64,000 bases of DNA from a bacterium (GTDB lineage: Bacteria; Cyanobacteriota; Vampirovibrionia; Gastranaerophilales; JBAXKC01). Made by a program: the position numbers and the translations under genes. Positions 49,099 to 58,405 of this stretch are shown in pieces (position 1 is the stretch's first letter; each line of letters opens with the position of its first letter). Where the stretch lies: the NCBI GenBank assembly GCA_037137535.1, contig JBAXKC010000001.1, positions 128,001-192,000 on the forward strand, given 5' to 3'. The notes under the pieces are model-generated. The model worked only from the letters and a program-made list of their open reading frames with translations, did not search any database and was not told the origin of the DNA.

Positions 49099-50688
49099 TT
49101 ATAAGAAAGCTTGAAGTTTTTTCTTTGGCTCGGCTTGTGAAGTAGTGGAATTACAATCTGCATAAGCCTTTAAGCCTGGAGATACACTTGTACCTGTTCT
49201 GTGTTCCCTGAAAATATATTGCAATTTAGGTAATAAATAACCTAGGGAAATACTACATAATGCCATATTTAAAATCGTCATTCCGCCTTTTAATACTTTT
49301 GTCTTAGTAATAAGTGAATCGAGTGCTTTTTCTTCATTAATAGCCTTTCCAGCCTTATTTATAAAGTTACCGACATGATCATATAGATTTTTTAATTCAC
49401 TAACTTCAATAAACTTAGACGGATTTAAAATATGTTTTCCATCTTGCTCTATTACTTCAATAATTCCCATTTTCTGAGCGGTTTTTAGTAATTCATCAGT
49501 AAATTCACCTGTTTTATTATTTAAATTGCCTGTAATAAATTTAATAACTTTTTCTTCATTAAATTTATTGTCTTTATTCGCATTTGCAAATATTTCCACA
49601 GGCTTAAAGTTTTTAAATAAAGCCTTATTATTATCAAGAGCTTTAAAGTCAAGATTAATAGGTAGGTTTATTTTATCTGCAATCGTTGCTAATCCGTCTT
49701 TAATTATTTTTGAAGCAAAGAAGAAAAAGAAAATAATTCCGCCTTCTCTTAAAGCTATTTCAGCTCTTTCATCATTATTTCTTGCATTTAAAACTCTACT
49801 TCCTGAAATTGCAAAATCAACAGCAATCATATTTCCGACAGGATCAATCTGAGCAGAAGCTGCCTGATTTGCTAACTTGTCTATGATTCCGCCAAAAGCA
49901 ACCTGTTTTTTAGAATGTTTTTCCAGTATTGCCGTAAAGGTAGTATTTTTTGCAGGAACTGAAAGTGCCATGCCTTGCTGTAAAGATTGACCTGCAAGAT
50001 TTGGATAATTTGATTTTGTAGAGGGCTCTTTACTTCTTTTTTCTTCAATAAGTTTTTTAGTTAATCCTTGATTAAACTTAGGAAGAGCATAAGCAAGAAA
50101 AGCAAAAGGAACTAAAGTTGAAACAACTAACTTTGCAATATTATAACTCTTATACTTTGATTTATTAAGAACACCAAGTCCTGCTTTAAGAATTTCTTCT
50201 TCTGAAGCATTTTTATTTTTAAGAATGGTTTTTCCTAATTCTATAAATTTATTTTTATTGTCGCCTAAGCCCGCCACAAGTTTTCCATAAGCGTTTTCAT
50301 CTTTAAGATAAGCACTTATTAAATCCTGGTTGATTCCGTGTGAAAAGCATTGAACGCCTTCACTATTTATTTTTTTAAGTGATATATGCGGATTTATATC
50401 CTTGAAAGCCGGTATTAATGATGAAACTTTATCAAAAGCCCATCTACAAGCAGGGATACCGCCAAGCCAGACTACTGAAGTCCCGACTTCTTCTATAAAT
50501 CTTTCTCTTGCCTCATGAACTCCACTTTCTTTGGAGTGTTTGCTTCCCTCATTGTATGCCATAGTAGTTCTGCCGCATACATCAACCATATCTTTGGCTC
50601 CAACCAGCCATAGAGAAGAAGGATTGTCCAGATTGGACATAATAGGCGTAATGACTCTGCCTACTGTTGGAAGTGTTAAATTAATCAT
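49099..50688 (-). CDS. Hypothetical membrane protein with two-fold internal repeat
   Basis: 529 aa; GGAGG RBS; hydrophobic segments in two similar halves. Confidence 0.8.
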   Translation of the reverse strand: MINLTLPTVGRVITPIMSNLDNPSSLWLVGAKDMVDVCGRTTMAYNEGSKHSKESGVHEARERFIEEVGTSVVWLGGIPACRWAFDKVSSLIPAFKDINPHISLKKINSEGVQCFSHGINQDLISAYLKDENAYGKLVAGLGDNKNKFIELGKTILKNKNASEEEILKAGLGVLNKSKYKSYNIAKLVVSTLVPFAFLAYALPKFNQGLTKKLIEEKRSKEPSTKSNYPNLAGQSLQQGMALSVPAKNTTFTAILEKHSKKQVAFGGIIDKLANQAASAQIDPVGNMIAVDFAISGSRVLNARNNDERAEIALREGGIIFFFFFASKIIKDGLATIADKINLPINLDFKALDNNKALFKNFKPVEIFANANKDNKFNEEKVIKFITGNLNNKTGEFTDELLKTAQKMGIIEVIEQDGKHILNPSKFIEVSELKNLYDHVGNFINKAGKAINEEKALDSLITKTKVLKGGMTILNMALCSISLGYLLPKLQYIFREHRTGTSVSPGLKAYADCNSTTSQAEPKKKLQAFL

Positions 50689-50709
50689 TGATTAGTTCTC
50701 CCTCCAACC

Positions 50710-50796
50710 CTATAATCCCCATAGGAGTGACATCCAATCGACTCTTTTGAGCCAATTGGTACTCCTATTAATTCTAAATAAACTTTCGGTATGCAT
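50710..50796 (-). CDS. Trp-rich micro-ORF A, MHTESLFRINRSTNWLKRVDWMSLLWGL (candidate leader peptide)
   Basis: GGAG RBS 6 nt before ATG; paralogous to 51130..51213. Confidence 0.75.
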   Translation of the reverse strand: MHTESLFRINRSTNWLKRVDWMSLLWGL

Positions 50797-50891
50797 CGTG
50801 ATCTCCATATATATTAAAAAACATTTTCTTCTTGATTTTTGCTTAATTATTGTTCAAATGTTAATAAATAGAACAAAAATTTAACTTTGAT

Positions 50892-51119
50892 TCATGTAAC
50901 ATCAATAAAAACATGAATACATCGCTTTTTTATCCTAAAAAAATCAATAAAATCAGCAATAATGCACGAAATTATATTTATTTGACTCATATAATGATTA
51001 ATTTTTAATAAATCTTGCTGTTTATCTTTCAAAGAGGTTAAGTTATCTCTCTTTTTTTCAGATAAAAGAGGTTTATTAAATATTAAACTGTCATAGTGTC
51101 TTAACAAATTCATCACCAT
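50892..51119 (-). CDS. Hypothetical 75-aa protein
   Basis: AGGAG RBS immediately after the micro-ORF B stop; start may be the nearby in-frame ATG at 51113. Confidence 0.6.
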   Translation of the reverse strand: MVMNLLRHYDSLIFNKPLLSEKKRDNLTSLKDKQQDLLKINHYMSQINIISCIIADFIDFFRIKKRCIHVFIDVT

Positions 51120-51129
51120 TACTCCTAAA

Positions 51130-51213
51130 TCATAATCCCCAAAGCATATTCATCCAGCTGACTCGTCTGAGCCAGTTTGATGAATTTAATATAATGCTTC
51201 GTAAATTGTACAT
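51130..51213 (-). CDS. Trp-rich micro-ORF B, MYNLRSIILNSSNWLRRVSWMNMLWGL (candidate leader peptide)
   Basis: AGGA upstream of ATG; paralogous to 50710..50796. Confidence 0.72.
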   Translation of the reverse strand: MYNLRSIILNSSNWLRRVSWMNMLWGL

Positions 51214-51374
51214 AGGTTTTTATTTCCTGAATTTCTTTTATATGTTCATGTAAAACCATTACAAACAAATTATTGATTGGAAAGATTACACTTATTTACA
51301 AAAGTTAAAATTTAATATTACATTTTAAAAATTATACATGAAAAAATAGAAGTTTCAATAATCTTAATAAAGGC

Positions 51375-52190
51375 TTAATCTATACTGAAAGCAAAATCTT
51401 TACCAAGAACCTTTTCTCTGAGGCTTAGAAGGTCTTTACCATACGCCTTTGTCAGCTCGTCGCCCAGCGTCTGCTCTACATCAAGTAAAAACATATCATG
51501 AATAATAACTTCTTTCATAACAAGGACTATTCCTGGGTTTTTTGTCCATACAGCCTGTGGAGCACCTTTTATGCTTGAAATAACACCTGTTATTCCTTCT
51601 TTATCATCGACAGTTATAACAACCCAACGACCGCCTAAAGAATTTTCAATAGTTCGACCTAATCCATGCTGATAAACCAAGCCAAAATCAAGAGTTACAT
51701 CGTTATATCCGACAACTTTAATATCAACGCCACGGTCATAAGCTTCTTTTAACGGTTTTTCAAGATAAGGCAAATCTTCATGCCATAACTCCAGAAAAAT
51801 TTCACTTTGAGCATGTTCTATCATCTCAATTGCTTTTTTATAAATATTTTTTTCGCCATTCAAATTTAAAATAGGCTGAACAACATTTTCAGATAAATTA
51901 GACAAGTTATCTCTTAAAAAACTAACTGAAGAATTAAAAGCTCTTTCACATCTTGTTAAAAGCTCGTCATGAGGGATAGGAACATAAGTTGCAGGCTTCG
52001 CACCTGTTGCAACAACGACTTGTCGAGTCTCAAGACTTTTTAAAGTATCATAAGCTCTTGCCTGCGGAACTCCAGATTCTTTACTTACTTCATAACCTGT
52101 TGCAGGATTATGTTTTAACAATGCAACATAAACTTTAGCTTCATAAGAATTAAAGCCTAATTCTTTTAAATGTGATAAAATATCATCCAT
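51375..52190 (-). CDS. TrmB-family transcriptional regulator
   Basis: LGFNSYEAKVYVALL..GYEVSKESGVPQARAYDTL. Confidence 0.92.
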   Translation of the reverse strand: MDDILSHLKELGFNSYEAKVYVALLKHNPATGYEVSKESGVPQARAYDTLKSLETRQVVVATGAKPATYVPIPHDELLTRCERAFNSSVSFLRDNLSNLSENVVQPILNLNGEKNIYKKAIEMIEHAQSEIFLELWHEDLPYLEKPLKEAYDRGVDIKVVGYNDVTLDFGLVYQHGLGRTIENSLGGRWVVITVDDKEGITGVISSIKGAPQAVWTKNPGIVLVMKEVIIHDMFLLDVEQTLGDELTKAYGKDLLSLREKVLGKDFAFSID

Positions 52191-52353
52191 GAGTTCTAAT
52201 AATCTCTTCTCTTTTATTTATTAGTAAAACTAAAATTTTTATTACTATTTACTGCTATAAATAAGAATAACATAAACTTAATTATAACATTTTTGTCAAG
52301 TAATCAATAAAATTTAAAGAAATTCTTAAAATTACATTAACGTAGAAGATAAA

Positions 52354-53226
52354 ATGAATAAAATAAACTCCATTAAACACAAAATATTTGAATATTTAGA
52401 AATGATAAAATTTGAACATACTGTTTTTGCCTTACCCTTTGCCCTTGCAGGTATGCTTCTAGCTAAAAGTACAGGATTTCCTGACATAATAGCTGTTATC
52501 ATGGTCATAACAGCTATGGTAAGCGGAAGGACTGCGGCAATGAGCCTTAATCGACTAATTGACGCAGATATTGACAAACTTAATCCACGCACGCAGGATA
52601 GAGCAATTCCTGCAGGAAAAATCAAAAAAATATCCGCTTTAGTTCTTGCCCTAATAAGTTTCATTATTTTAACACTGGCAACAATGCAATTACCTTCTAT
52701 ATGCCTTAAATTACTACCTATGGCGATAGGGATATTGATTCTATATTCTTATACCAAAAGATTTACAGAATTATCGCATTTTGTCCTTGGTGCAGCCCTT
52801 GGAGCAGCAGCAACAGGAGGATGGATTGCCGTAAGCGGAGCATTAACTATACCTTCCGTTCTATGGGGAATAGCAGTAATGTTTTGGGTGGCAGGTTTTG
52901 ATATAATTTACGCTATTCAAGATATTGACTTTGACAGAGAACACAAGCTATTCAGCATTCCTGCCAAATTAGGAGCAAAAAATTCGCTGAGATTATCAAA
53001 ATTTTTACATGTTCTAACTGTATTAATTTTAGCCATAATTTCTTTTATCTATCCTCAAGGCTTCTTTTATTACTTTGCAATTGCCTTTATTGCTGTTATG
53101 TTTATATATGAACACTCTCTAATCAATGAGAATGATTTAAAAAAAATCAATATTGCTTTTTTTAATGTAAACGGTTACGTTAGTATTGCAGTATTTATAT
53201 TTGTACTTCTGAATAAACTATTTTAG
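52354..53226 (+). CDS. UbiA-family prenyltransferase (MqnP-like)
   Basis: IKFEHTVFALPFA, NRLIDADIDKLNPRT, YSYTKR, GFDIIYAIQD, AFFNVNG. Confidence 0.92.
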   Translation: MNKINSIKHKIFEYLEMIKFEHTVFALPFALAGMLLAKSTGFPDIIAVIMVITAMVSGRTAAMSLNRLIDADIDKLNPRTQDRAIPAGKIKKISALVLALISFIILTLATMQLPSICLKLLPMAIGILILYSYTKRFTELSHFVLGAALGAAATGGWIAVSGALTIPSVLWGIAVMFWVAGFDIIYAIQDIDFDREHKLFSIPAKLGAKNSLRLSKFLHVLTVLILAIISFIYPQGFFYYFAIAFIAVMFIYEHSLINENDLKKINIAFFNVNGYVSIAVFIFVLLNKLF

Positions 53227-53231
53227 GAACT

Positions 53232-54038
53232 ATGCAAAAAGTATTTAAAACATTAGAAGAAACCATAACCTATAAGATTTTTAAACTATTAGTTCTTTAT
53301 TTTGCAGAATTAATAGAAGTTGTAGGCGATTTAGGTATAAATTTATATCAGGCCGTCAAGTTTCTTTTTACCGGCGAAATCAACCTGAAAAACACTATTG
53401 ACCAATGCTCAAGATTTGGATTTGATTCCTTATATATAACACTTTCTATGGTTGGCGTGTCAGGAATGATTATAGCTCTTGAAATAGCGTATGAAATGTC
53501 GAAACAAGGAGCGGGAAACTTTGTAGGTTCGCTTGTAACTCTTTCAATGATAAAAGAGATAGGCCCTATAATGGCAAGTTTTGCTATTATATCAATGGTT
53601 GGCTCTTCAATGGCAGCGGAAATAGGTACAATGAAAGTAACTGAACAGGTTGATGCGTTAAAAATCCTTCGTGTAAATCCTATCGGTTATCTTATAGTAC
53701 CTAGAATAATAGCAGGATTTGTAATGATGCCTTTCATTGTCATAATCTCAACCTGTGTAGGAATCTTAGGAGGAATGATAGCAAGCAATTTAACAGCAGG
53801 GATAAGCTGTTTAAACTATCTGCAATCAGTATGGTCAGGTCTTTATGAAAAGGACATTATCGTATGCCTAATAAAAAGCTGTATTTTAGGCGGAATGATA
53901 TCTTTAATTTGCTCTTCTATCGGATATAAAACCGAAGGAGGAGCGATGGAAGTAGGAACAGCCACAACTAAAGCCGTTGTGTGGTCTTTTGTGACAATAG
54001 TTATAATTGATTATATAATATCATTAATGTTTTTCTAA
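53232..54038 (+). CDS. MlaE-type ABC permease (second copy)
   Basis: AEIGTMKVTEQVDAL, VGTATTKAVV. Confidence 0.93.
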   Translation: MQKVFKTLEETITYKIFKLLVLYFAELIEVVGDLGINLYQAVKFLFTGEINLKNTIDQCSRFGFDSLYITLSMVGVSGMIIALEIAYEMSKQGAGNFVGSLVTLSMIKEIGPIMASFAIISMVGSSMAAEIGTMKVTEQVDALKILRVNPIGYLIVPRIIAGFVMMPFIVIISTCVGILGGMIASNLTAGISCLNYLQSVWSGLYEKDIIVCLIKSCILGGMISLICSSIGYKTEGGAMEVGTATTKAVVWSFVTIVIIDYIISLMFF

Positions 54039-54051
54039 CCGGTGGTGTAAA

Positions 54052-54786
54052 ATGAGCGACAAAACCCTAATTGAACTTAAAAATGTAACAAAAATCTTTG
54101 ACAGAAGAGCAATATTAAAGAAAATAAGCTTTTCTGTAAAATCAGGAGAAACAGTTGCAATAGTAGGATTTAGCGGATCAGGAAAAAGTACTGTTTTAAA
54201 ATTAATAAGCGGACTGATTAACGCTAATTCAGGTGAAATCAAAGTAAGAGACGAAAACATAGCCATGGTCTTCCAATACTCGGCTCTTTTTGATTCATTA
54301 AATATTTATGAAAATGTAGCATTTGCCTTAAGAGAACGAAAAGAATTTAAGAAAAAATATAAAGAACATGAACTTCAAACAATAGTAAAAGAAAACCTTG
54401 GTAAAGTCGGATTACATAACATAGAAAACAAGTTTCCAAGTGAAATATCCGGCGGTATGCAAAAACGAGTCAGCTTTGCGAGAGCAATAATGACAAATCC
54501 TAAGATAATACTGTATGATGAGCCTACAGCAGGACTAGATCCAGTTTCCTCAACAGTTATTGAAGATTATATAGCTCACCTTAAAAATGAAACAAATGCA
54601 GCTTCAATCGTTGTTACTCACCAGATGTCAACAATTCAAAGAACCGCAGACCGAGTAATAATGTTATATAGAGGAAGAATCGTCTGGGAGGGAACTCCTC
54701 AAGAAATGTTAAAATCAACAGATCCTTTTGCTTATCAGTTTGTTCACGCAAAAAAAGACGGTCCAATGGTATCTGTTGCAGTTTAA
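54052..54786 (+). CDS. MlaF-type ABC ATPase (second copy)
   Basis: GFSGSGKST, FQYSALFDS, ISGGMQKR, YDEPTAGLDP. Confidence 0.93.
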   Translation: MSDKTLIELKNVTKIFDRRAILKKISFSVKSGETVAIVGFSGSGKSTVLKLISGLINANSGEIKVRDENIAMVFQYSALFDSLNIYENVAFALRERKEFKKKYKEHELQTIVKENLGKVGLHNIENKFPSEISGGMQKRVSFARAIMTNPKIILYDEPTAGLDPVSSTVIEDYIAHLKNETNAASIVVTHQMSTIQRTADRVIMLYRGRIVWEGTPQEMLKSTDPFAYQFVHAKKDGPMVSVAV

Positions 54787-54895
54787 CAAATTCCTACAAA
54801 GAAACTAGAGTATTTAACGGTTTAGTTGTATTATACTTACATCAAACAGGTATTTATTTTAAACTTCTTGTTATTAATAAAGGAAATTTATTCAT

Positions 54896-56266
54896 ATGAA
54901 ATTATCGCCTGCACTAAAGGTTGGTTTATTAACTCTTATAGCACTTATTATATTGATATTTAGTCTTATGTGGCTTAAAGGAAGAGCTCTTTCCAGCGGA
55001 GAGAGAATAGAAGTAATGTTCAAAGACGTAGACGGAATGCGTCCCGGTTCTGCTGTTCAAATGATGGGCATCAGAGTAGGACAAGTAGAAGATGTTATTC
55101 CTGTGGTGGATAAAGACTACAGCCATGTTAAATTAAAATTTGTGATAACTGATCCTAATGTTTCAATCCCTATTGCCTCAACCATTTCTATTCAGCAATC
55201 AGGAATTATTGGTGAAAAATTCCTTGAAATAACACCCCCTAAAATTCAAACAGTATTTTTACCTGTAAATAAAAAAACTAAAAACGAAGTCAAAGAGGGC
55301 GGAACAGTTAAATTCCTCTTTAAAGATAAATTTATCTCAATCGGTGAAATTAAAAAAGTTGAACGTGTGGATAAACTGACTTTACCAAAATTTTTACAAG
55401 ATGATATCAATTCAAATTTTGCGTATAAAATTGGTTATATAGTAACAAAACCGGGTGTAATAGTTCCTGATGGAAGTACTGCAAAACTTTCATTTGATAA
55501 AATAACAGAAAACCCTGAAGTAAAACTTACTCCTCCTGAGAAAATAATTGTTCAAGTACCTGACGCCACAACAAAATATACCATTGTTGAGCCGATGAGA
55601 TTTAAAGAATTTCTCGATATTCAATTAGAGTCGGTTTTAGCTCTAAAAGAAACAAATGACAGAATAAACGTTCTTTTATCAGAAGACTCTATTGATGATT
55701 TAAAAACAACCTTGAAAAATACTAAGAATCTTACTGCCAGTGCAAATGAAACATTAAAGCAGGCTAATCTTCTTATAACAAGCACCAGAAGTGACTTCAC
55801 AACGCTTATGACAATGGCAAATAAGCTTGGTAATAACGTTGATGTTCTTTCAAGAAATGTTAATGATATAGTCGGAAACGATCAATTCAAAAACAACCTT
55901 ATTTCAACGACAGAATCAATTAGAAAATCCACTCAAGAACTAAATGATTTAATCGAAAAATCAGAACTTAAAGACACTTTAAAATATATGAACTCAACTG
56001 TTAAAGATGCTTCAGAAGTATCGTCATACTTTAATAGCTATTTTAAAGATGTAAATGTAACTAAAAAAATGGATAAAACTATTGATAATTTGAATACTTC
56101 ACTTGAAAATATGTCTAAAACACTTGAAAAAGTGAATAATTTAAGTTCTGATGAAGATAAAAATCTCAGAGAAATTATTAGAAATTCATCTGACACAACT
56201 AAAAATCTTAAACACTTCTCTGAAAAATTAAATAAAAAATTCTTATTATTCAGACTAATGTTCTAA
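54896..56266 (+). CDS. MlaD/MCE-family protein (second copy)
   Basis: FKDVDGMRPGSAVQMMGIRVGQV, SGIIGEKFLEI; helical tail. Confidence 0.9.
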   Translation: MKLSPALKVGLLTLIALIILIFSLMWLKGRALSSGERIEVMFKDVDGMRPGSAVQMMGIRVGQVEDVIPVVDKDYSHVKLKFVITDPNVSIPIASTISIQQSGIIGEKFLEITPPKIQTVFLPVNKKTKNEVKEGGTVKFLFKDKFISIGEIKKVERVDKLTLPKFLQDDINSNFAYKIGYIVTKPGVIVPDGSTAKLSFDKITENPEVKLTPPEKIIVQVPDATTKYTIVEPMRFKEFLDIQLESVLALKETNDRINVLLSEDSIDDLKTTLKNTKNLTASANETLKQANLLITSTRSDFTTLMTMANKLGNNVDVLSRNVNDIVGNDQFKNNLISTTESIRKSTQELNDLIEKSELKDTLKYMNSTVKDASEVSSYFNSYFKDVNVTKKMDKTIDNLNTSLENMSKTLEKVNNLSSDEDKNLREIIRNSSDTTKNLKHFSEKLNKKFLLFRLMF

Positions 56267-56268
56267 TT

Positions 56269-57354
56269 ATGAAAAAATTTATAGCTAATCTTCATTATAA
56301 AACTGATTACAGCTTATTAGAAAAACTTGTTCTCCTTAATCTTAAGGCTTGTTCGGGATTTTATCGTGCAATAACATCGATTAGATTATGTTTATACAAA
56401 TATAATTTAATAAAATCCACTAAAGTAAAGGCTTATGTTATTTCAATTGGTAATATAACAACAGGAGGAACCGGTAAAACACCTCTTACTGCGGAAATAG
56501 CAAATTATATAAGCAATACACTTAATAAAAAAGTTGCAATTATAAGCAGAGGTTATGCGGGAAGCCTTTCTTCAAAAAATACAAATGTTATTAGCGATGG
56601 AACAAATATACTTTATACAGCAGAAGAAGCAGGAGAAGAGCCTTTTTGGCTGGCACAAAACTGCCCTAACTCAATAGTGATAACAGGAAAAAGCAGAATA
56701 ACCTCAGCAGAAAAAGCTATTAGCGACTATAATTGCGAAGTTATTCTACTTGATGACGGTTTTCAACATCTAAAAATCAAACGGGACTTAAATCTAGCCG
56801 TAATAGACAGCAAGAATAAATTTGGAAATGACTTACTCTTACCTGCCGGTCCTTTAAGAGAGGCTTTAAACGAGCTAAAAAGAGCTGATAAGTTTGTAAT
56901 TACGGATAAATATCAATCAGAAGAAAAAAACATCGAGTTTAAAAATCATCTTGAAGAAAAGTATAAAAAAATAACTTATATAAGTCCGTTTAAACCATAT
57001 AAACTCTATAATATCAAAACAAATCAAGAGTTAAGCAGTGAAATCACAACAGTTTTAGCTTTTTGCGGAATAGGTCAGCCTGATTCGTTTTTTAATTTCA
57101 TTGAAGAAATGAATATACAAATAAACGATAAAATTATTTTTAAAGATCACTATAAATACACCGAAAGCGACATTAAACTTTTAGAAAAAAAACTTAACGA
57201 ATTAAAAAATCTTGCTATTGTAACAACCGAAAAAGATGCCGTTAAAATAGCGGATTTAACAGAGAATTTACCAATTTATGCACTACAGATCAAACCAGAA
57301 ATAGACTTAGATAATTTATTGAAAGACCTAAGAGATGACAGAAAAGAAACTTAA
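56269..57354 (+). CDS. lpxK: Tetraacyldisaccharide 4'-kinase
   Basis: IGNITTGGTGKTP, SRGY, LDDGFQH, LLPAGPLRE, TTEKDAVK. Confidence 0.96.
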   Translation: MKKFIANLHYKTDYSLLEKLVLLNLKACSGFYRAITSIRLCLYKYNLIKSTKVKAYVISIGNITTGGTGKTPLTAEIANYISNTLNKKVAIISRGYAGSLSSKNTNVISDGTNILYTAEEAGEEPFWLAQNCPNSIVITGKSRITSAEKAISDYNCEVILLDDGFQHLKIKRDLNLAVIDSKNKFGNDLLLPAGPLREALNELKRADKFVITDKYQSEEKNIEFKNHLEEKYKKITYISPFKPYKLYNIKTNQELSSEITTVLAFCGIGQPDSFFNFIEEMNIQINDKIIFKDHYKYTESDIKLLEKKLNELKNLAIVTTEKDAVKIADLTENLPIYALQIKPEIDLDNLLKDLRDDRKET

Positions 57355-58405
57355 AATACTTGTTGTAAGATATCGTTTTATTGGTGATACTGTACTTACT
57401 GTACCGTTTTTAAGAAACCTAAGAGCCGCTTACCCTGATGCCATAATTGATATGATTGTTGGACCTGTTTCAGGTGAAGTTATAGCGGAGTGTCCTTATG
57501 TTGATAATTTTATAATCTTTGATACCACAAGAAAACATAAATATGAAAATACAGATACCGAAAGAAAAACCTTTTTCAGCTATGTAAAAATGATAAAAAA
57601 ACAAAACTATGATAAGGCTTATGTTTTAAAAAGATCACTATCAAGTGCATTATTAGTATTTTTAGCAGGAATAAAAGAGAGAATAGGCTTCGATACAGAG
57701 CATAGAGGTATTTTACTCACTAAAAAAGTAAAATATGATGAAAAAGTTCACGAAGTCGAAAGTTTCCTTGATGTATTAAAAGCAGATAATGTAGCGGTAA
57801 AAGACAGCTACCTTGAAAATCATGTATCAGAAAAAGCAAAAGATAAAATTGAAGATATTTTATACAGCTTAAAACTTGAAGATAATCCTAAAGTTTTAAT
57901 TCACGCAACAAGCGGAAATGCCAATAAACATTGGAGAAGTAAAGATTTTGCCGAAGTAATCGAATATTTATCAAATGTTAGACGCTGTCAGATATTTTAT
58001 ACAGGAACAAAAGCAGACTATGACATTTACAGCGAAATTCACAGCCATATAAATGCGACACTTAAAGTGAAACCTATAAATTTATGCGGAGAACTTTCAA
58101 TTCAGGATAGCATGGCCTTAATAAATAAAATGAACTTTGTTGTAGGAGTTGATTCAGGCACATTACACATTGCAGCCTCTTTAAATATACCTGTAATAGG
58201 TATTTATGGGCCTATGAGTCCTACAAAATGGAAAGCCTACGGAGATATTCATACGTCATTATATTCTGACAGAGAATGCGTTCCCTGCGGATTAAGAAAA
58301 AAATGCCCCATAAATAACCAATGTCTAAAAGACATAACTTCAGATATGGTTATACAAGAATGCAAAAAAGCCTTAGAAAACAAAACAAGAAACGGCTATG
58401 AATAA
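57335..58405 (+). CDS. Lipopolysaccharide heptosyltransferase (GT9, WaaF-like)
   Basis: IGDTVL, KERIGF, NLCGELS, DSGTLHIAA, IYGP. Confidence 0.9.
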   Translation: MTEKKLKILVVRYRFIGDTVLTVPFLRNLRAAYPDAIIDMIVGPVSGEVIAECPYVDNFIIFDTTRKHKYENTDTERKTFFSYVKMIKKQNYDKAYVLKRSLSSALLVFLAGIKERIGFDTEHRGILLTKKVKYDEKVHEVESFLDVLKADNVAVKDSYLENHVSEKAKDKIEDILYSLKLEDNPKVLIHATSGNANKHWRSKDFAEVIEYLSNVRRCQIFYTGTKADYDIYSEIHSHINATLKVKPINLCGELSIQDSMALINKMNFVVGVDSGTLHIAASLNIPVIGIYGPMSPTKWKAYGDIHTSLYSDRECVPCGLRKKCPINNQCLKDITSDMVIQECKKALENKTRNGYE

